Source of the DNA: Octopus bimaculoides
Lineage: Eukaryota
DNA length: 64,000 nt
Assembly (NCBI RefSeq): GCF_001194135.2
Contig: NC_068982.1
Span: 144,390,139-144,454,138 of the forward strand
Direction of reading: 5' to 3'
Below are positions 41,946 through 56,267 of the stretch, one piece after another. Made by a program: the position numbers and the translations under genes. Numbering within the stretch: position 1 is the stretch's first letter; every line of letters begins with the position of its first letter. The notes under the pieces were generated by a model, which saw only the letters and a program-made list of their open reading frames with translations, had not been told where the DNA came from and searched no databases.

Positions 41946-42405
41946 TCATCATCATCATCATCGTCATCGTTTAACGTCCGCTTTCCATGCTAGCATGGGT
42001 TGGATGATTTGACTGGGGACTGGTGAAACCAGATGGCTACACCAGGCTCCAATCTGATTTGGCAAAGTTTCTACAGCTGGATGCCCTTCCTAACGCCAAC
42101 CACTCCGAGAGTGTAGTGGATGCTTTTACGTGCCACCGGCACGAAGGCCAGTCAGGCGGTACTGGCAACAGCCACGCTCAAAATGGTGTATTTTACGTGC
42201 CACCTGCACAGAAACCAGTTCGGCGGCACTGGCAACGATCTCGCTCGAATGCCTTTACATGTGCCATCCGGCACAAGTGCCAGGAAGGCGATGCTGGGCA
42301 CAGGTGCCATGATGGTTTCGCTTTCGTTTGCCCCAATAGGTCTTCGCAAGCTGAGTTTCGTTTCCAATGAAGGAGACGACGTTGGCATGGGTGCCAGTCG
42401 TCGTA
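41946..42405 (-). mobile_element. Young family C retroposon with RTE-type (GAT)n tail and internal tandem subrepeats
   Basis: CATCATCGTTTAACGTCCGCTTTCCATGCTAGCATGGGTTGG end shared with other copies; CpG-rich. Confidence 0.85.
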
Positions 42406-42759
42406 TCATGAATATACTCAGATTGGAAGTGAATCCACAATTGAGTCCATAAAAGTAATAATGAGTAATGGAATTAAGTCCATAAAAGTAATAATGACAT
42501 TGGGATTAGTTAAAGTTGTCTGGATATGGAAAATCTTGAGTAGCTGGAGTAACTGTGGGCAAGTTAAAGTTATGGCTTGTTGCTGTTAAGTTACTTGGTA
42601 ACTGAGCATAAGCTGATTTACTTCCAACCTTTTCAGGGCTCGTGATGCAACTGTTGTTGAACTGCTTAACTGGTACTTACTTTTGGTTGTCTCAAGTACA
42701 GTTCCATGTCTTTGTGCACATTTATATATACACACATATAAAGGCTTAAGTCTTGGAAT

Positions 42760-43066
42760 GAGACTGTAAAATTGATATCAGCACTTACTTTTTTGAAATC
42801 TGGTACTTACTCTATCAGTCTTCTGCCGAACTGCTAAGTTGTGGGAATGTGAAAAAAAATCAACACAAGTTGTCAAACAATGGTGGGAAACAAAGACAAT
42901 ATGCACGTACACGCACACACACACACACACAAGGCTTCTTTCAGTTTCTGTCTACCAAATTAGCTTACAAGACTTTGATTGGCACGATACTATAGAAGAC
43001 ACTTGCCAAAGGATGCTGCACAGTGGAAGTGAACTCAAGACCATGTGGTTAGGAGCAAGCTTCTTA
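42760..43066 (-). mobile_element. Family B SINE
   Basis: Reverse-complement match with internal (CA)n. Confidence 0.75.
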
Positions 43067-43719
43067 TAAACTAGAGAAGTTAAAAGCTAGAGCTAAAACA
43101 GCTGACTCCCAAAACTCTATATTTTATTTGTGGCACAATTAAATACACAAATATTTACTAAAAGTTCATAATCTGACTCCAGTCAGTATCTTCTACTGAG
43201 TGAACCAAAATGTTTCTCATCTCCAAGAAACTGCCTCTTGTTCTGTTCTCTAAATGCCAATTATTGAGACACATACACACTAAGGCAAATACACAGGCAC
43301 AAAAGAAGAGTACCAACTTAGACATATCAAGATACATACAGACTGAATGTATTTATATGTTGAAACCATCAATGTCTTTTTTCTTCTAATCAGTGTGTTT
43401 GAAATACACAATTAGCCTTGTTTCCTAACCGAAACAGATTAAATAAATAAATAAATAAATAAATATATAAATAAATAAATAANNNNNNNNNNNNNNNNNN
43501 NNNNNNNNNNNNNNNNNNNNNNNNNNNNNNNNNNNNNNNNNNNNNNNNNNNNNNNNNNNNNNNNNNNNNNNNNNNNNNNNNNNNNNNNNNNNNNNNNNNN
43601 NNNNNNNNNNNNNNNNNNNNNNNNNNNNNNNNNNNNNNNNNNNNNNNNNNNNNNNNNNNNNNNNNNNNNNNNNNNNNNNNNNNNNNNNNNNNNNNNNNNN
43701 NNNNNNNNNNNNNNNNNNN

Positions 43720-43765
<46 letters not shown>

Positions 43766-45874
43766 ACGCGCGCGCGTGCACACCTGCATGCTTTTGTGTG
43801 TTAATATGTTTATCTTGCATTTTTTTGGGGGTTTTATTTTATGAGGATTTTTTCCTTCTATTCTTCAGATAATAGGTGCAAGCATCACCATTCATTTTAA
43901 GAAGTTCAATCCACAATCAAGTTGAAAGCTGACCTAGCTGTGCAGCACCTGGGATAAAGTTCTTTTATTTTTATTTATTTATTTTTACACCATAGCACTG
44001 GGTTGACAAAAGCCTAGTGAGGGAAATTTGGTAGACAAAACTGCATGGCAATCTCCTGGATGTACCTCATTTAATATTTAATATCTTCATAACGAAGCAG
44101 AGCAGTTTATAATTCATTTATATTTATCTATTCACTAAGTGATGCAAATAATCATATATTAGTTTTCCTTATGCTGCTTATTTTGTTCTTTCATTACATT
44201 TTGTTTCCTTTGTGAAAAACACATAACAATGTATTAGATATGTATGAGATAAAAACCTCTAATTCTCCACTGATGATTGTGTATGTAACATATGAAATTT
44301 TGAGATCTCAAAATCTGGAATGTCATACAATTAATTATTTAGATATTCAAATATACAGATTAAGTTGTTTCCAGTGTACTACAAGGTCTAACTCTACACT
44401 TACATTTTTATTATAATGACGGTGTGCACTGGGTTCAGATACTCAAATATTTGCCAAAGTTTTTAACAGAATAATGAAAGTGAAAGTAGCCCCAAGAGAA
44501 ATTTGGAGATGAACCTACTATTCAGTTCACCAGTAGATGTTCAGCATAGTAACACAGACACAAAAAGACATGGATAATTACAAACATCAGTTTATGTGTG
44601 TGTGTATAAAATATATGTATATATGGTTCTGGTGCCATGTGAAAAGCACCCAGAACACTTTGTAACGTGGTTGGTGTTAAGAAGGGCATCCAACCATAGA
44701 AACCAAGTCAAAACAGACTATGGAACCTAGTGCAGTCCCTGGCTGTCCTATCCTTGCCAGCATGGAAAATGGACATTAAATGATGATGATAATAACATAG
44801 GATCACTACAGCAACTCTTCAACAACACTTTTATCATTCTCAAATTATGTACTACAACTTAAAAAAGAAAAGAGTAAAAAAAGCCAAAGATCTGCAGATA
44901 ATTAACATTATACATACAAGGTGACAAATTTTGACGAGGGAATGTAGCAGCACTTAACTGATTCTTACTTTATTAACACCCAGAAGGATAAAAGGCAAAG
45001 TCAACCGTGTTAAAATTTTAACTCGGAAGGTGCAGACACACAAATACATACAAAGAGGGTGTATTTAAGTTTGCCAGTAAGTGATGCAGACATCCACATC
45101 TCTATGCTGCATAATATGATCTAAGAAAATTATAATGGAGATTATTTTCAAACTCTCCCAAATAACCTAGGATAAAGAGTGTAAGTTGGAAGGGCAACAA
45201 TATCACGAGATAAAATATTATATGCTATACAAAATGAACTAAGAAAATTATAACCAAAATGAAACAGTATAAAATCCTCAGAACAAGTAAATTTATGAGC
45301 TGGCAATCAAAAGGTTTCAGTCTGTTAAGTTTTGGACTATAAAAACCTGTTATTGAATGTAAAATGAAAACATTACATGAAAGATAGAAAGAAAGAAGAA
45401 GAGTGTTTCCTTTTTTTTTATCTCTTTATTGCATATCTGTTGCTTTCAAGTTTGCCTGCAAAATATAGTTTGAATAATTCTTTTTTATGAAACTTTAACC
45501 TTTTCATTTCAGTATTTCCACACTATATGTCTTTGAAATGTTAAAAACAAAACAAAACAAAAAAAAACTCTTTATGTTTTCAAATGTACTACACCCAAAT
45601 TGAGTCATGTAAAATGATAGTTCTCTCCACAAGATAAGGATGACAAAAATATAAAGGCCTGACAACTTCAACAAGTCCTACTGACATATGAGCAAGAAAC
45701 ACATTTGACTCCTTTAATAATGCTTAGCCCTGAGCCCTGAGATTTCATATGAAGGCTAAAAATGTTAAAGAAGTCTTAGGGATAATGATTTCAATGATAT
45801 GGCTGCTACACTTCTATCCAATTAATCTGGTGACAGACCCAGTTGGTTGCATCCATCTAATATATGCAGTATTT

Positions 45875-46088
45875 AAGGCGGTGAGCTGGCAGAATCATTA
45901 GCACTTCGAGTAGAATGCTTAGCAACATTTCATCTGTTTTTATGTTCTGAGTTCAAATTCTGCCAAGGTCGATTTTGCCTTTTATCCTTTCAGGGTCAAT
46001 AAAATAAGTACCAGTTGAATACAGGGGTCAATGTAATCGATTTAATCCCTCCCCCAAAATTGCTGGCTTGAGCCAAAATTTGAAACCA
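45875..46088 (+). mobile_element. Well-preserved family A SINE with probable target-site duplication
   Basis: Intact head to tail; AATATATGCAGTAT upstream versus AATATATGTAGCAGTAT downstream. Confidence 0.9.
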
Positions 46089-47682
46089 ATATATGTAGCA
46101 GTATAACCCTTTAACTCCAAAATTAAATTTAATGGTTATTCCAGTATTAATTTTATCTGCCAACAAAATAGAATTGATATTTTCAGGAAATCATGTTGTT
46201 GCTCTAATAAACTTGACATATCTCAACAAAAGATAGTTTCAAACAGGACATTCCTCAAGAAAAGATAGATTGGTATATAGAACTGCTTTCTCCAGTTAAG
46301 GGTAATGAAATTTTGATTGGATATATCTGGTTTCTGCAGTAAAAATGTTAAATCAGTTTACACAACATCAGGGAGACAAGAACTGTAACATTTGTGCAGT
46401 GCCCCTCTTATGAGAAAAATTATTTTTCAAGGTAAAATTTCTTCATATTTCCTCCCCATCTTTGGAAAAGAACCCAGGCAAAATGTTAGAATTTACCTCC
46501 TGTTACACCCATACAAACTTATTAATAGTTGCAAATTTTATTAATTGATTTTATACAATGCAGAGTACCCATAGTTTTCTCAGAATTATATATAATTTTT
46601 TTTACCACAGCCATCTAACTTCAAGATTGAGAAAAAAACAATTTTAAAAGAAAATGTGTGATCTGATTAATCTTTTTAATAGCTTGATGTAATGCAAACA
46701 CATTAAGTTGATCAAATGTCAGTAACAAATAAGTAGCCAAATTTGCCTACTTTTTTTTTGAGCTTTTTTGTGTCTCTTTTTCATTTTATCTTTTTTTTTT
46801 TTAACCAAAATTATTTTTGAAATTGCGATATTAGAAAATTGAAATGAGTATAGAAATAACCCCTAAAATTTTCTGTTACATCCAAAGTTAGAGGAACAAA
46901 CAAAACTCAGATATTTTGAATAATTTTTTTCATTTATTGCAGTTTACCTTATAACAGGTGTGATGTAAAAACTAAAGGGTCCAAATAATTTGTTGCTATT
47001 TTTCATTTCTTTTAAAATTTTAATTAAATAATTTATGCAGCTTCAGTTCTGCAATAATTTCAAGCAAGCATCCAATTCTTATCCCTTTTGTTACTGTATT
47101 TCTGCTGAAATACACTGCCTTGGCTTCAATTTATTTCAGAAAATAAATTTTGTCATTATTAAACTGGTGATTGAAATACAAATTGAAATGGAATTTCGAT
47201 GGAAGGTTTTAGTAGAGTCAATTTTTAAACAGGAAATTAGTATCATAGAACCAAAGGTGGTTCCAAGTAGGTTGGCATGAAAAGGGTTGAGACTGGTTAT
47301 AGATTCTGTGTGACCTTCCTCTTAATTATTCTTTCCAAAAGTAGTTTGTGTTCTAATTATTAATTCAGTAGACTTAACTTGCTTCCCGCTTAAATACCAT
47401 CACCTTGCCATTGATGCAAGTATTTAGACTAGGTCTCACACCTGAAGATAACTGTCTCCTTTCCCACTGCCCTTCCTCTTGTGACTAATCATATTAATAA
47501 AAAAAAATTCATCTGTTTCTACATATAAGTGCAAAAAAATATTAATAATGCAGAAAACACTAACTTCTCTAACAATAACTCATTTTGAGTATAATCCATA
47601 AAATGTACACAGAATAGCAGGAAACCAAACAATAATGTATCTATCTGTTATTAATATATTCTGGTAAATTCAAACACGGATA

Positions 47683-47940
47683 TGTGAGAGACAGAAACTG
47701 TATGGAAGCCCACTGTGTGTGTGTGCATATATATCTTTGTGCATGGGATTTTGTATCTGTGCTTGTCCTCCCCCCACTGCTTGACAACCAGTTTTGGTTT
47801 GTTTATATCTCCATGACAAAAATCCAAGAAAATCAATAAAATAATTACCAAACTTTAAAAAATAAATACTCGAGTCAATACCCTGCAAGGAAGGGCCCCA
47901 GCATGGCCACAGTGGAATGAGTGAAACAAGTAAAAGAAAG
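47683..47940 (+). mobile_element. Family B SINE, 3' half
   Basis: TG tract and tail motifs. Confidence 0.7.
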
Positions 47941-48387
47941 AACAAACACACACACATTAATTCCTTCCTACTTAATACAGCAAAGTAAGTAGATTCTTGC
48001 AAATCCTTGCTACTGGTACAAAGCAACAGCAGTTCACTGTCTAGTTTTCCAGGCTGGCAGGGTTAAACAAGTATGTATGATAGCAGGTTTCAAATGATAT
48101 ATCATCGTCATACCACCACCATCTTTATGAATCTAATATCCCATGATTTGATAAAAATACTTCATTCTTTTACTTTTTCTTTTTTTTTTTCTTCTTTTAT
48201 GCCTCCATCTAAATCTGTATAAGCAGTAGCTTTTCACCTAATACACATAACCCAGATACATTATATAATACTATCAAGCAATAGTCCTCAATTCTACAAA
48301 CTAAACTGCCAATTAAGTAGCCTCTACATAGTCACTTGGCATGCAAGACATAGGAGCCAAATTTAATCCAAATCATTCTCTACAAAT

Positions 48388-48616
48388 TTAACCCTTTAGT
48401 ATTTAAACCGGTCATATCCAGCACAAATTTTCTACTAGTTTTATGTTCAAACCAACCAGATCCAGCCTCTCACACCTACCATACAATGTTACTGTAAAAA
48501 TAAATAATCAAATCATTGGAATCACGAAACTAAAGAGATATTCCATGATTAGTTCAAAATAGTGTAAATGAATATGCATTACATTTGACAGAATAATCTG
48601 AATGCTAATGAGTTAA
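48388..48616. mobile_element. piggyBac-type MITE family 2
   Basis: TTAA|CCCTTTAGTATT ... AATGCTAATGAG|TTAA. Confidence 0.85.
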
Positions 48617-48648
48617 AGCAAGGGCATGTTGGAAAACATAGTCCAACA

Positions 48649-48754
48649 CATCATCATCATCATCATCGTTTAACGTCCGCCTTCCATGCTAGCATGGGTT
48701 GGACGATTTGACTGAGGACTGGTGAAACCGGATGGCAACACCAGGCTCCAATCT
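48649..48754 (-). mobile_element. 5'-truncated family C copy (~106 bp)
   Basis: Near-identical to the reverse complement of 53115-53215. Confidence 0.9.
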
Positions 48755-48949
48755 AAAAAACAAAAAAAAAAAGACAGGATGGTCTCAGCTGAAATGTCTT
48801 TGATTATGAGTTTACCAAATCAGGGTTGACCAGTGACTAAAGAGTATTATGCCTTCTTTATCAAACGGAAACTAGGAATCATTCTGGAATAAATGAGTAT
48901 CAGTAGCATCAAGGCTACAATGTTAACAGTACTCCTGAAAAGAAGTCTC

Positions 48950-50270
48950 TACATGTGCTGTCTGCTTTGCATCCAACTCCACACAGCAAACATTTATCTC
49001 ATCCACCCCTATTACTTTCCGTACCGCTAAAGTTCATTACGACGTGCATACAAAAGCACCTCTGATTGCTTAAAGTCCACAAGGCCACCAGCCCTGAAAA
49101 TATTCCTTCTATTGCTCTCGAATAATGCATTCCATAGTAGGCTTCTATCCTTGCCAAACTCTTCTCTCTTTCAACTGTGTCTCAAGAAGGGTAACCCTTC
49201 TGATCCCACCACCTATCACACTTTCATACTCCCTCTCAAAATCTGAATGAAGTCAGCCACTATAGCTTTCTGGAAAGCCAAATTTACCAGAAATCTACTC
49301 TTCTATGTCACTCACCAGTAGGTTCTTGTGTTCAAGAAATTTGGTGTAAATGTGTCACACCAATAAAATATTCAACTACACCTGACATGAATTTCCAAGC
49401 AAAACTGCTTAGTTATGGGCTCCATTCATCCTTCAAATCAATGTCTTCCAATCAGATACCACCATTACAGTATGTTCTGATGGAGCTCTCTCTTACCTAC
49501 ACTGTCAATTCTAGTGTGCCTCAAGGTTTGGTTTTGTCCTCCTCGTTCTTTCTCCAATATATCAGTAATCTACTTTCCATCACATCCAACAGTACCCATC
49601 CCTTATACAAATAATATCATCATTTATTCCTGCCAAACCTTCTGCATCCAAACATCATACAAATGCAGTCTATAAACCTCACACCAAATCAAGACTGACT
49701 CCACAAACAGAGTACTAGAAAACATTCTGCAATGGGCATCATGCCAACCCTGTCTCCTTCAACAAGAGACACAATCATTACACCTAACCCACCTTAAACA
49801 TGAACAGCTTGCAACAATAATCCTCAAGGTCACTACAAATGATAGAGCTCACTATCACTGAGGACCTCCTGGTAACCGTACATTCTCAACATAGCCAAAA
49901 ATTGTGTCTCAAGGGAAAAAAAACAGCAACTTAACTGATTGCTATGAAGTAACTCACCAAGACACTCCAACAGCTAGTCTGCAGACATGCAATTTCCTCC
50001 CCCAACACTCTCTCTCTCTGCTTTACTACTGCAACAACAATAGCTTCTTATCACAGCTAGCAGGTTTGTACCACCTTCACTTAAGGATTCCCAATCACTT
50101 GTCACCATATCACACCAAGCCCTATACTACCCACTATACATAGTCCTTCCATCTCAGAACACAGACCCTCAAGAATTACCCTCCTTGCTCATGTTTTTCA
50201 CTTGCAGCCATCAACTTGTACCTATTCAAAAAGAACATTAACAGCATCATTCTCACTGATGTTAGAGAAT
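48950..50270 (+). mobile_element. Decayed CR1-like LINE ORF2 (reverse transcriptase) fragment
   Basis: Translated pieces VHKA.SP..IPSIAL, KKGNPSDP..Y and NSSVPQGLVLSS.FFLQYISNLL match CR1-clade RT motifs (VPQGSVL.P.LF..YI.DL); many stops and frameshifts. Confidence 0.8.
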
Positions 50271-51087
50271 CTGTGAAAACAATGAGCATGGTCCTTTTCT
50301 TCTAAATGCTCTTAAGAGTAGCTGTTCAATCTCAGTTTAATGGAGTTAAATAGAGGCTATTTAAGCATCTCCCTGGATAAGTTGCTAAGCTATTGCAAAA
50401 ATCATTTTTAGATTACTGATATCTATTTCAAGATGTGTGAGTTGTGGCAGGCAGTATACAGAATTAACTGTTCTGCATAAATACACAATGAAACACCAGC
50501 TGTGGATTTGAACTGAAAACCCACATAATAATTTATCCACAAATTTATCACTTCTAATGATTTCACTGTTTTTATAGTATAGAACTGGAGACAATATCTA
50601 TATATGAAAAATGGCTATTTTTGCTGACACTGCAGGAACCTGGAAGCGCTTCTTAATAACTGGAAGCTTAGCCATAATCCGTTAGGCCTTTATTGAAGGT
50701 CCTTTTAAATTTCTAATTTCTCCTACAGCTACGAGATTGGTTCTGTAATAAAATCAGGCACTCTACATAGAGGGAAAATAAATTGTGTAATATGCACACC
50801 TCTCTTCTCTCTCTCTCATATATATATATACACACACAGATATGCACAAGTATGTGCATGCATGTGCACACATACACACACCTTGATTATCTAGATAATT
50901 CTATAAGCTGCCACAAACAAAATATATACAGTTAAATAAAGAGCAAATATAAACAAGGTATCAACCAATCTGAGCAAATAACAGCTAAACATGTGGTAGC
51001 CACAGGCTGTTTCGGTAATGATAAAGTAGTTTTACTATTACAGATTTTATATCCATTTTAATATGTTGGCACATAAACTAAAAGGAG

Positions 51088-51132
<45 letters not shown>

Positions 51133-51399
51133 AACATATCACACACAACATTATGATGGAGATATATGCATGCTTGAATGCTTCACTTATTGGGGACTAT
51201 TTTTCTTGGAGGAGGAGGCGGAGTCTGCAACTAAAACTACAGAAGTTAGATGTGATATGATGCATCTCAAACAAAACAAAATAGAATAAAAATGGCTTGG
51301 TGACTGTTTAAGATGAGCTGAAAATAACCAGTTCAACTGAATAAAAAACATACTTGGTTAACAAATGTAACAAGAGATATCTCCTACAGAAAACAGCAT

Positions 51400-51830
51400 A
51401 GGTGATGTGGATGAATATATCACTATAATGGAGACTGGAACACTATCTAGGTGGACAACTACTGTGAGCTACAGATTAATGACAGTTAGAATAAACAATA
51501 AACCTAAAATGAAATTATACATGAAGACCTGAAGGAGCTGCTTCTGAATAACCTAATAGGGAAATGAGTTAAGTGGAAAGAAGTTGCTCGGCTGACCCCC
51601 AATTAGGTCACGCAAGCATTAAAAAGCAGATGTTGAAAAGATGGTGGCAATAAAGAAATAAAAGATAAGACAGTATGAAAATGGCTTTCAACAAGAGAAT
51701 GTCTTGAAGGGAAACCAATAAAATTAAACAGTAAATAAGATCTAAAATCTCTTGGAGATATCAAACCAAGATATTTCAAAAGAAAAATAAACTGGGAAAC
51801 ATCAAATTGGTAAAAGCATTTCTCAACCAA
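51400..51830 (+). mobile_element. Possible very decayed non-LTR (R4/Dong-like) ORF fragment
   Basis: KIRQYENGFQQ.NVLKGNQ loosely resembles the R4-type IRRY...QYRQN..F..NQ segment. Confidence 0.25.
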
Positions 51831-52891
51831 TTTTCACCTACATCTCATTGAAAAACAGCACAGATTCAGCATGGGTAGAAAGCAAGCAGTTCAGCATATC
51901 TTTTCTTCTCTCTCTCTCTCTCTCTCTCTTAAGAATTTAATGTCTTACAAATTAAATCAAGCACACACAAAAAAAAGGTACTGATATAAAATCAATAACA
52001 AAGAAATAGCAAGCATCTATCTTTTTTATTGTGGAAAGATGGTAAAAGATAGGCTTTAAACAGATAAGGAACATCACATTAGAAAAAGAGCATGCTTGTG
52101 TCAATGAAAAGGAGAGGTGGGTATGGTTGTAGTTCTCATGGTATAGTGTTAAAGAGTATCAAGCCTACAAGAAAGAATATGAAAGAAAATCTTAACTGAA
52201 GATGAGACAGTAGGGGTGATACAACTACTCAGAGGATTTGCTAAATAGTGGAAATAGCATTTCATTATTATTATTATTATTTTGTTATTGCTTATTCAGA
52301 AGAGGAAGAGCAACATCCATGACCCTTTACAGGGTCTTCAAAACTGAGGGGGAAGATGCTGTCCTTAGACTGGAGATATAGTTGAAATGCTTACAGCAGA
52401 GTCTCTACTCAACCAAAGGTACAACAGAGCTGGTGGTGGTGCAAGATGGTTAACAGATTAAATGTGTCACCTAAGAACAGGAATGATCCCTCAGAAAGGC
52501 CACATAAATTTCATCTACCAAATCTCAAGGCTTTGGTTGAGTCAACCAAAGCCTTGATGTTATGTACAAAGTACTACACAGTAGTTTGGACTGGAAACTA
52601 TACAGTTGCCTGTGCTCTATTTGACATGGGACACATTTTTTTTCTGAATGCCAGCCAGCCAGAAGGTCCCAGCACATATAACAGAGTAATATTCTATCAA
52701 AGTCTAGCCAGAAAACTGTAACAATCAAAGGATTTCGTTTATCAGAAATACTTTTATGATATAAAACCTAGTTTCATAGATACGACCAAAGCTTATTGAC
52801 TTGTATTTTTACTCAACAGATGTGATCTTTATTTCACTAAAACATTAATTCACAGAAAAAAATCCAGATAATACTATTTAATGCTCAATAT

Positions 52892-53201
52892 GGATTTTGA
52901 GCGTGGCCGTTGCCAGTACCGCCTGACTGGCTCCTGTAGGATTTTCGAGCGAGATCGTTGCCAGTGCCCCTGGACTGGCTTGTGCGGGTGGCACATAAAA
53001 GACACCATTTCAAGCGTGGCCGTTTTCGTGCGGGTGACACGTAAAAGCATCCACTACACTCTCTGAGTGGTTGGCGTTAGGAAGGGCATCCAGCTGTAGA
53101 AACTCTGCCAAATCAGACTGGAGCCTGGTGTTGCCATCCGGTTTCACCAGTCCTCAGTCAAATCGTCCAACCCATGCTAGCATGGAAAGCGGACGTTAAA
53201 C

Positions 53202-53238
<37 letters not shown>
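52892..53238 (+). mobile_element. Young family C retroposon
   Basis: Same tail ending in (GAT)n; CpGs retained. Confidence 0.85.
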
Positions 53239-53240
<2 letters not shown>

Positions 53241-55799
53241 TAATTATACTTCAAACAAATAAAATAGATTTTCATCTGAATCAAGGTAAAAAAAAAAAAA
53301 TCTTAACAATTTGTGGTTTGATATTAGTGAAATGACAAAATATTCATGCACACTTACACTTGCCTTGACAGTTTTCAGGAAGAGAAAATCATCCATGGGT
53401 ACTCCAGAGATAGAGGAATGGGAGTTGTGATATCATAAAAGTGAAGCTACCACTGCAAATCACATACTCACTTTGCCCAGAGTTTACTAACCTACATTCA
53501 TTTATGTACCAATTAATTGATACCAAAATAATTGTTTAAACAAGGAGAATATTTTTGTGCTATGATCAAGGTATTAAATCTTTTTTATCTCACATTGCTA
53601 CAATCACAAGTCCAATTCTGAACTTTGATGCTCCATGCCTGTCAGCCTTCATCCAGCAATTCTACAATCATTTTCCTATATTCTGTCTGCTATAAAGTCT
53701 TACTAATTAGATATATACACTAAACACTAGTTGGAGCTTCAGTCAACAAGACAGTTTCTACAGACATCAAACATGTTAGGAATAGCAGCCAAATCTTGCT
53801 CAAATCATATGCTGGTGTCTTAAAAATAAAAGATAAGTGTTTAAATAAAAATACAGGACAGTCATAGCTGGAACACTTTTGATTATAGGTTTACTAGATC
53901 AGCGCTGATCTCTAGCTAAACAACAACTACTTGGAGCTAACGATTATTAAGTTCAAGTACTAAGTACATAAGCATACTTCATGTCAGAGTAACAGCTCCT
54001 TCTATAACCTTCTGTCCCAGAGCCACTGGGAAAGCCACTATGTTGTCATCTGAGCCATTAAAAATAGCAGCCAAATAGCCATTAAGTTATACTTCACAAT
54101 ATCTAAAGGGGAAAGGATACACTAGAATAATCCATTATAGCCCTAGGAATGTACTACTCAAAAGAGTGAGCTGTTCATGGCTGGGTTGCCTTTGATCATA
54201 TGTATGCTCTATCAGGGTTGACCTGCAACTAAACAAGAACAAAAACAGCAATCACCTCCTGCCTTCACCCCTTCTCTTCCTCATTACCTGCTAAACTTAA
54301 TTATTCCAACACAACATTACTCATGGCAACCACACCCCCACAAACAGAAGCCTGCTGTTCCAGTCTGAGAGGGTCCTATGGAGCCATGGATTTCTGCCTT
54401 TCTATTCTGCATTATAATAGATCAAAGTAGAAATATTTCAAATGAGAGGTAATTTAGGTGAGTGACTCACAATGGAATAATAATATTCAAGGGTTCTTTA
54501 GACAGGCATTAATGTAAAACAAGAGACGCCCAAAAGGGCAAGATGGCAAGATGGTGTGAGGGTGGTTGCTATGGCATTGAGGTAGATCCAGCCACCCCCA
54601 TTAATGGGAACAAAACCCAAATTTAAAACATTGGATGATGATGATGATGAAGAGAATATGATTAACTGTAGACATTACTGAAAAAAAAGTAGTGAAGGTG
54701 TTGAAGACAAACAGAATGCTAGTCCAGGTGACAGCACTTTTCTTAAGAGAAGGACCTGGTTGTCAAAAATTGAGTACACACATATGCATGTACATGCACA
54801 CACATATATACATCCATATACACACATACATACATTAAACAGGGTTATGTGGTTTAAGGATCATTCCCAACAATGCATGGCACACCAAGCGAGTTCTGCT
54901 GTGGTCTCAGGTGGCAAGAGGAATTTGAAACAGAAACTAGCAGAGAGAGAGGGGGGGAGAGAGGGGGGGAGAGATAGAGAGAGAGAGGTCATCTTCATTA
55001 TCGTTTACATCCACTTTCCAATTTTTGGGAAGCGGTGTCCTTTTTTATGCCAATCCTTTCATCTGCCTCTCACGGTATACAGAAATATCTCAGTGTATCT
55101 ATTCTACAAAACCAGCATACAGGGTAAGCAAACATGCCCAGCCCTTCCCCACATACATATATATCATAACTATGTTAAAGTCTTAATTTTTTCATAGGAG
55201 TCCCTTCAGTTCATTTTGAACAATAAAGTTCTTAAAGCCATCATTAACATTTCTATACTTTCAGTCTCATCATCGCAATCATGTGAAATGTTATTGGCAT
55301 ATGTAACTGCCATATTTTGTGGTAGGAAAATGTGATGTCTATAAACTTTATCACCTACATTTATTAAGACACTGTTGGAATTTGCTCATTGTACACTTAC
55401 AAGAAGGAGCAACTACAGCACAATATGCCATAAAACTAGACTGGAAAACATTAATAGACAACATATCCATACTATATAGAATTCTCCACAAAAATAGATG
55501 ATTAATGAAAGAAGCATTACTCATTAATAAAGCACAATGCTAAAATAAACTCACAGGCATATATGTTGTAAACAAAATAAACATGTAACTTAATGATGTG
55601 TAACTTCAATGATAAAATTTCAGATTCCAAGAGAGTAGGTAAAATACTAACATAGAGACCAAGAAAAGTCAGTGTGAGATGAAAGCGACAACAGAGTTTA
55701 TGAAACGAGTATCTTAGGATATATAGAGGGAAAAGAGATGGATAGGTGGAGGTATAGACACAGAGAGAGAGCGATGGATAGGTAGAAATAGATAAATGG

Positions 55800-56215
55800 A
55801 AATTGTAGTTGTGGCCGATGCCAGTTCTGCTTGACTGGCACCTGTGCTGGTGGGACGTAATAAGCACCATTCAAGCATGGGTCAATGCCAGTACCACCTG
55901 ACTGGCTCCCTGTGCCGGTGGCACATAAAAAGCACCATCTGAACGTGGTCGATGCCAGTCCCCCCACCCCTTGACTGGTTCCTGTACCGGTGGCACGTAA
56001 AAAGCACCAACCAAACATGGTCGATGCCAGTGCCGCCTGACATGTAAAAAGCACCCACTACACTCTCGGAGTGGTTGCGTTAGGAAGGGCATCCAGCTGT
56101 AGAAACCTTGCCAGATCAGATTGGAGCCTGGCACAGCCTACTGGCTTGCCTGTCTCCAGTCAAACCGCCCAACCCATGCCAGCATGGAAAACGTACGTTA
56201 AACAATGATGATGAT
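55800..56215 (+). mobile_element. Family C retroposon with about 4 internal ~60-66 bp repeats
   Basis: Repeated GATGCCAGT...GGTGGCAC(G/A)TAAAAAGCACC units, then the shared tail. Confidence 0.85.
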
Positions 56216-56267
56216 AGATAAATAGATAGATAAAGAGAGAGAGAGAGATGATAGGTAGAGGTAGCTA

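Noticed and set aside
42023-42452. Several overlapping 60-115 aa ORFs on both strands
   Set aside because: All lie inside a GC-rich family C retroposon; the same holds for 52881-53066 and 55698-56313.
42443-42500. 20-bp direct repeat GTCCATAAAAGTAATAATGA
   Set aside because: Simple local duplication; not a TSD of any identifiable element.
50640-50680. Minus-strand MAKLPVIKKRFQ as a third alternative first exon
   Set aside because: The only in-phase donor (CAG|GTTCCT) is very poor and there is no CpG domain around it.
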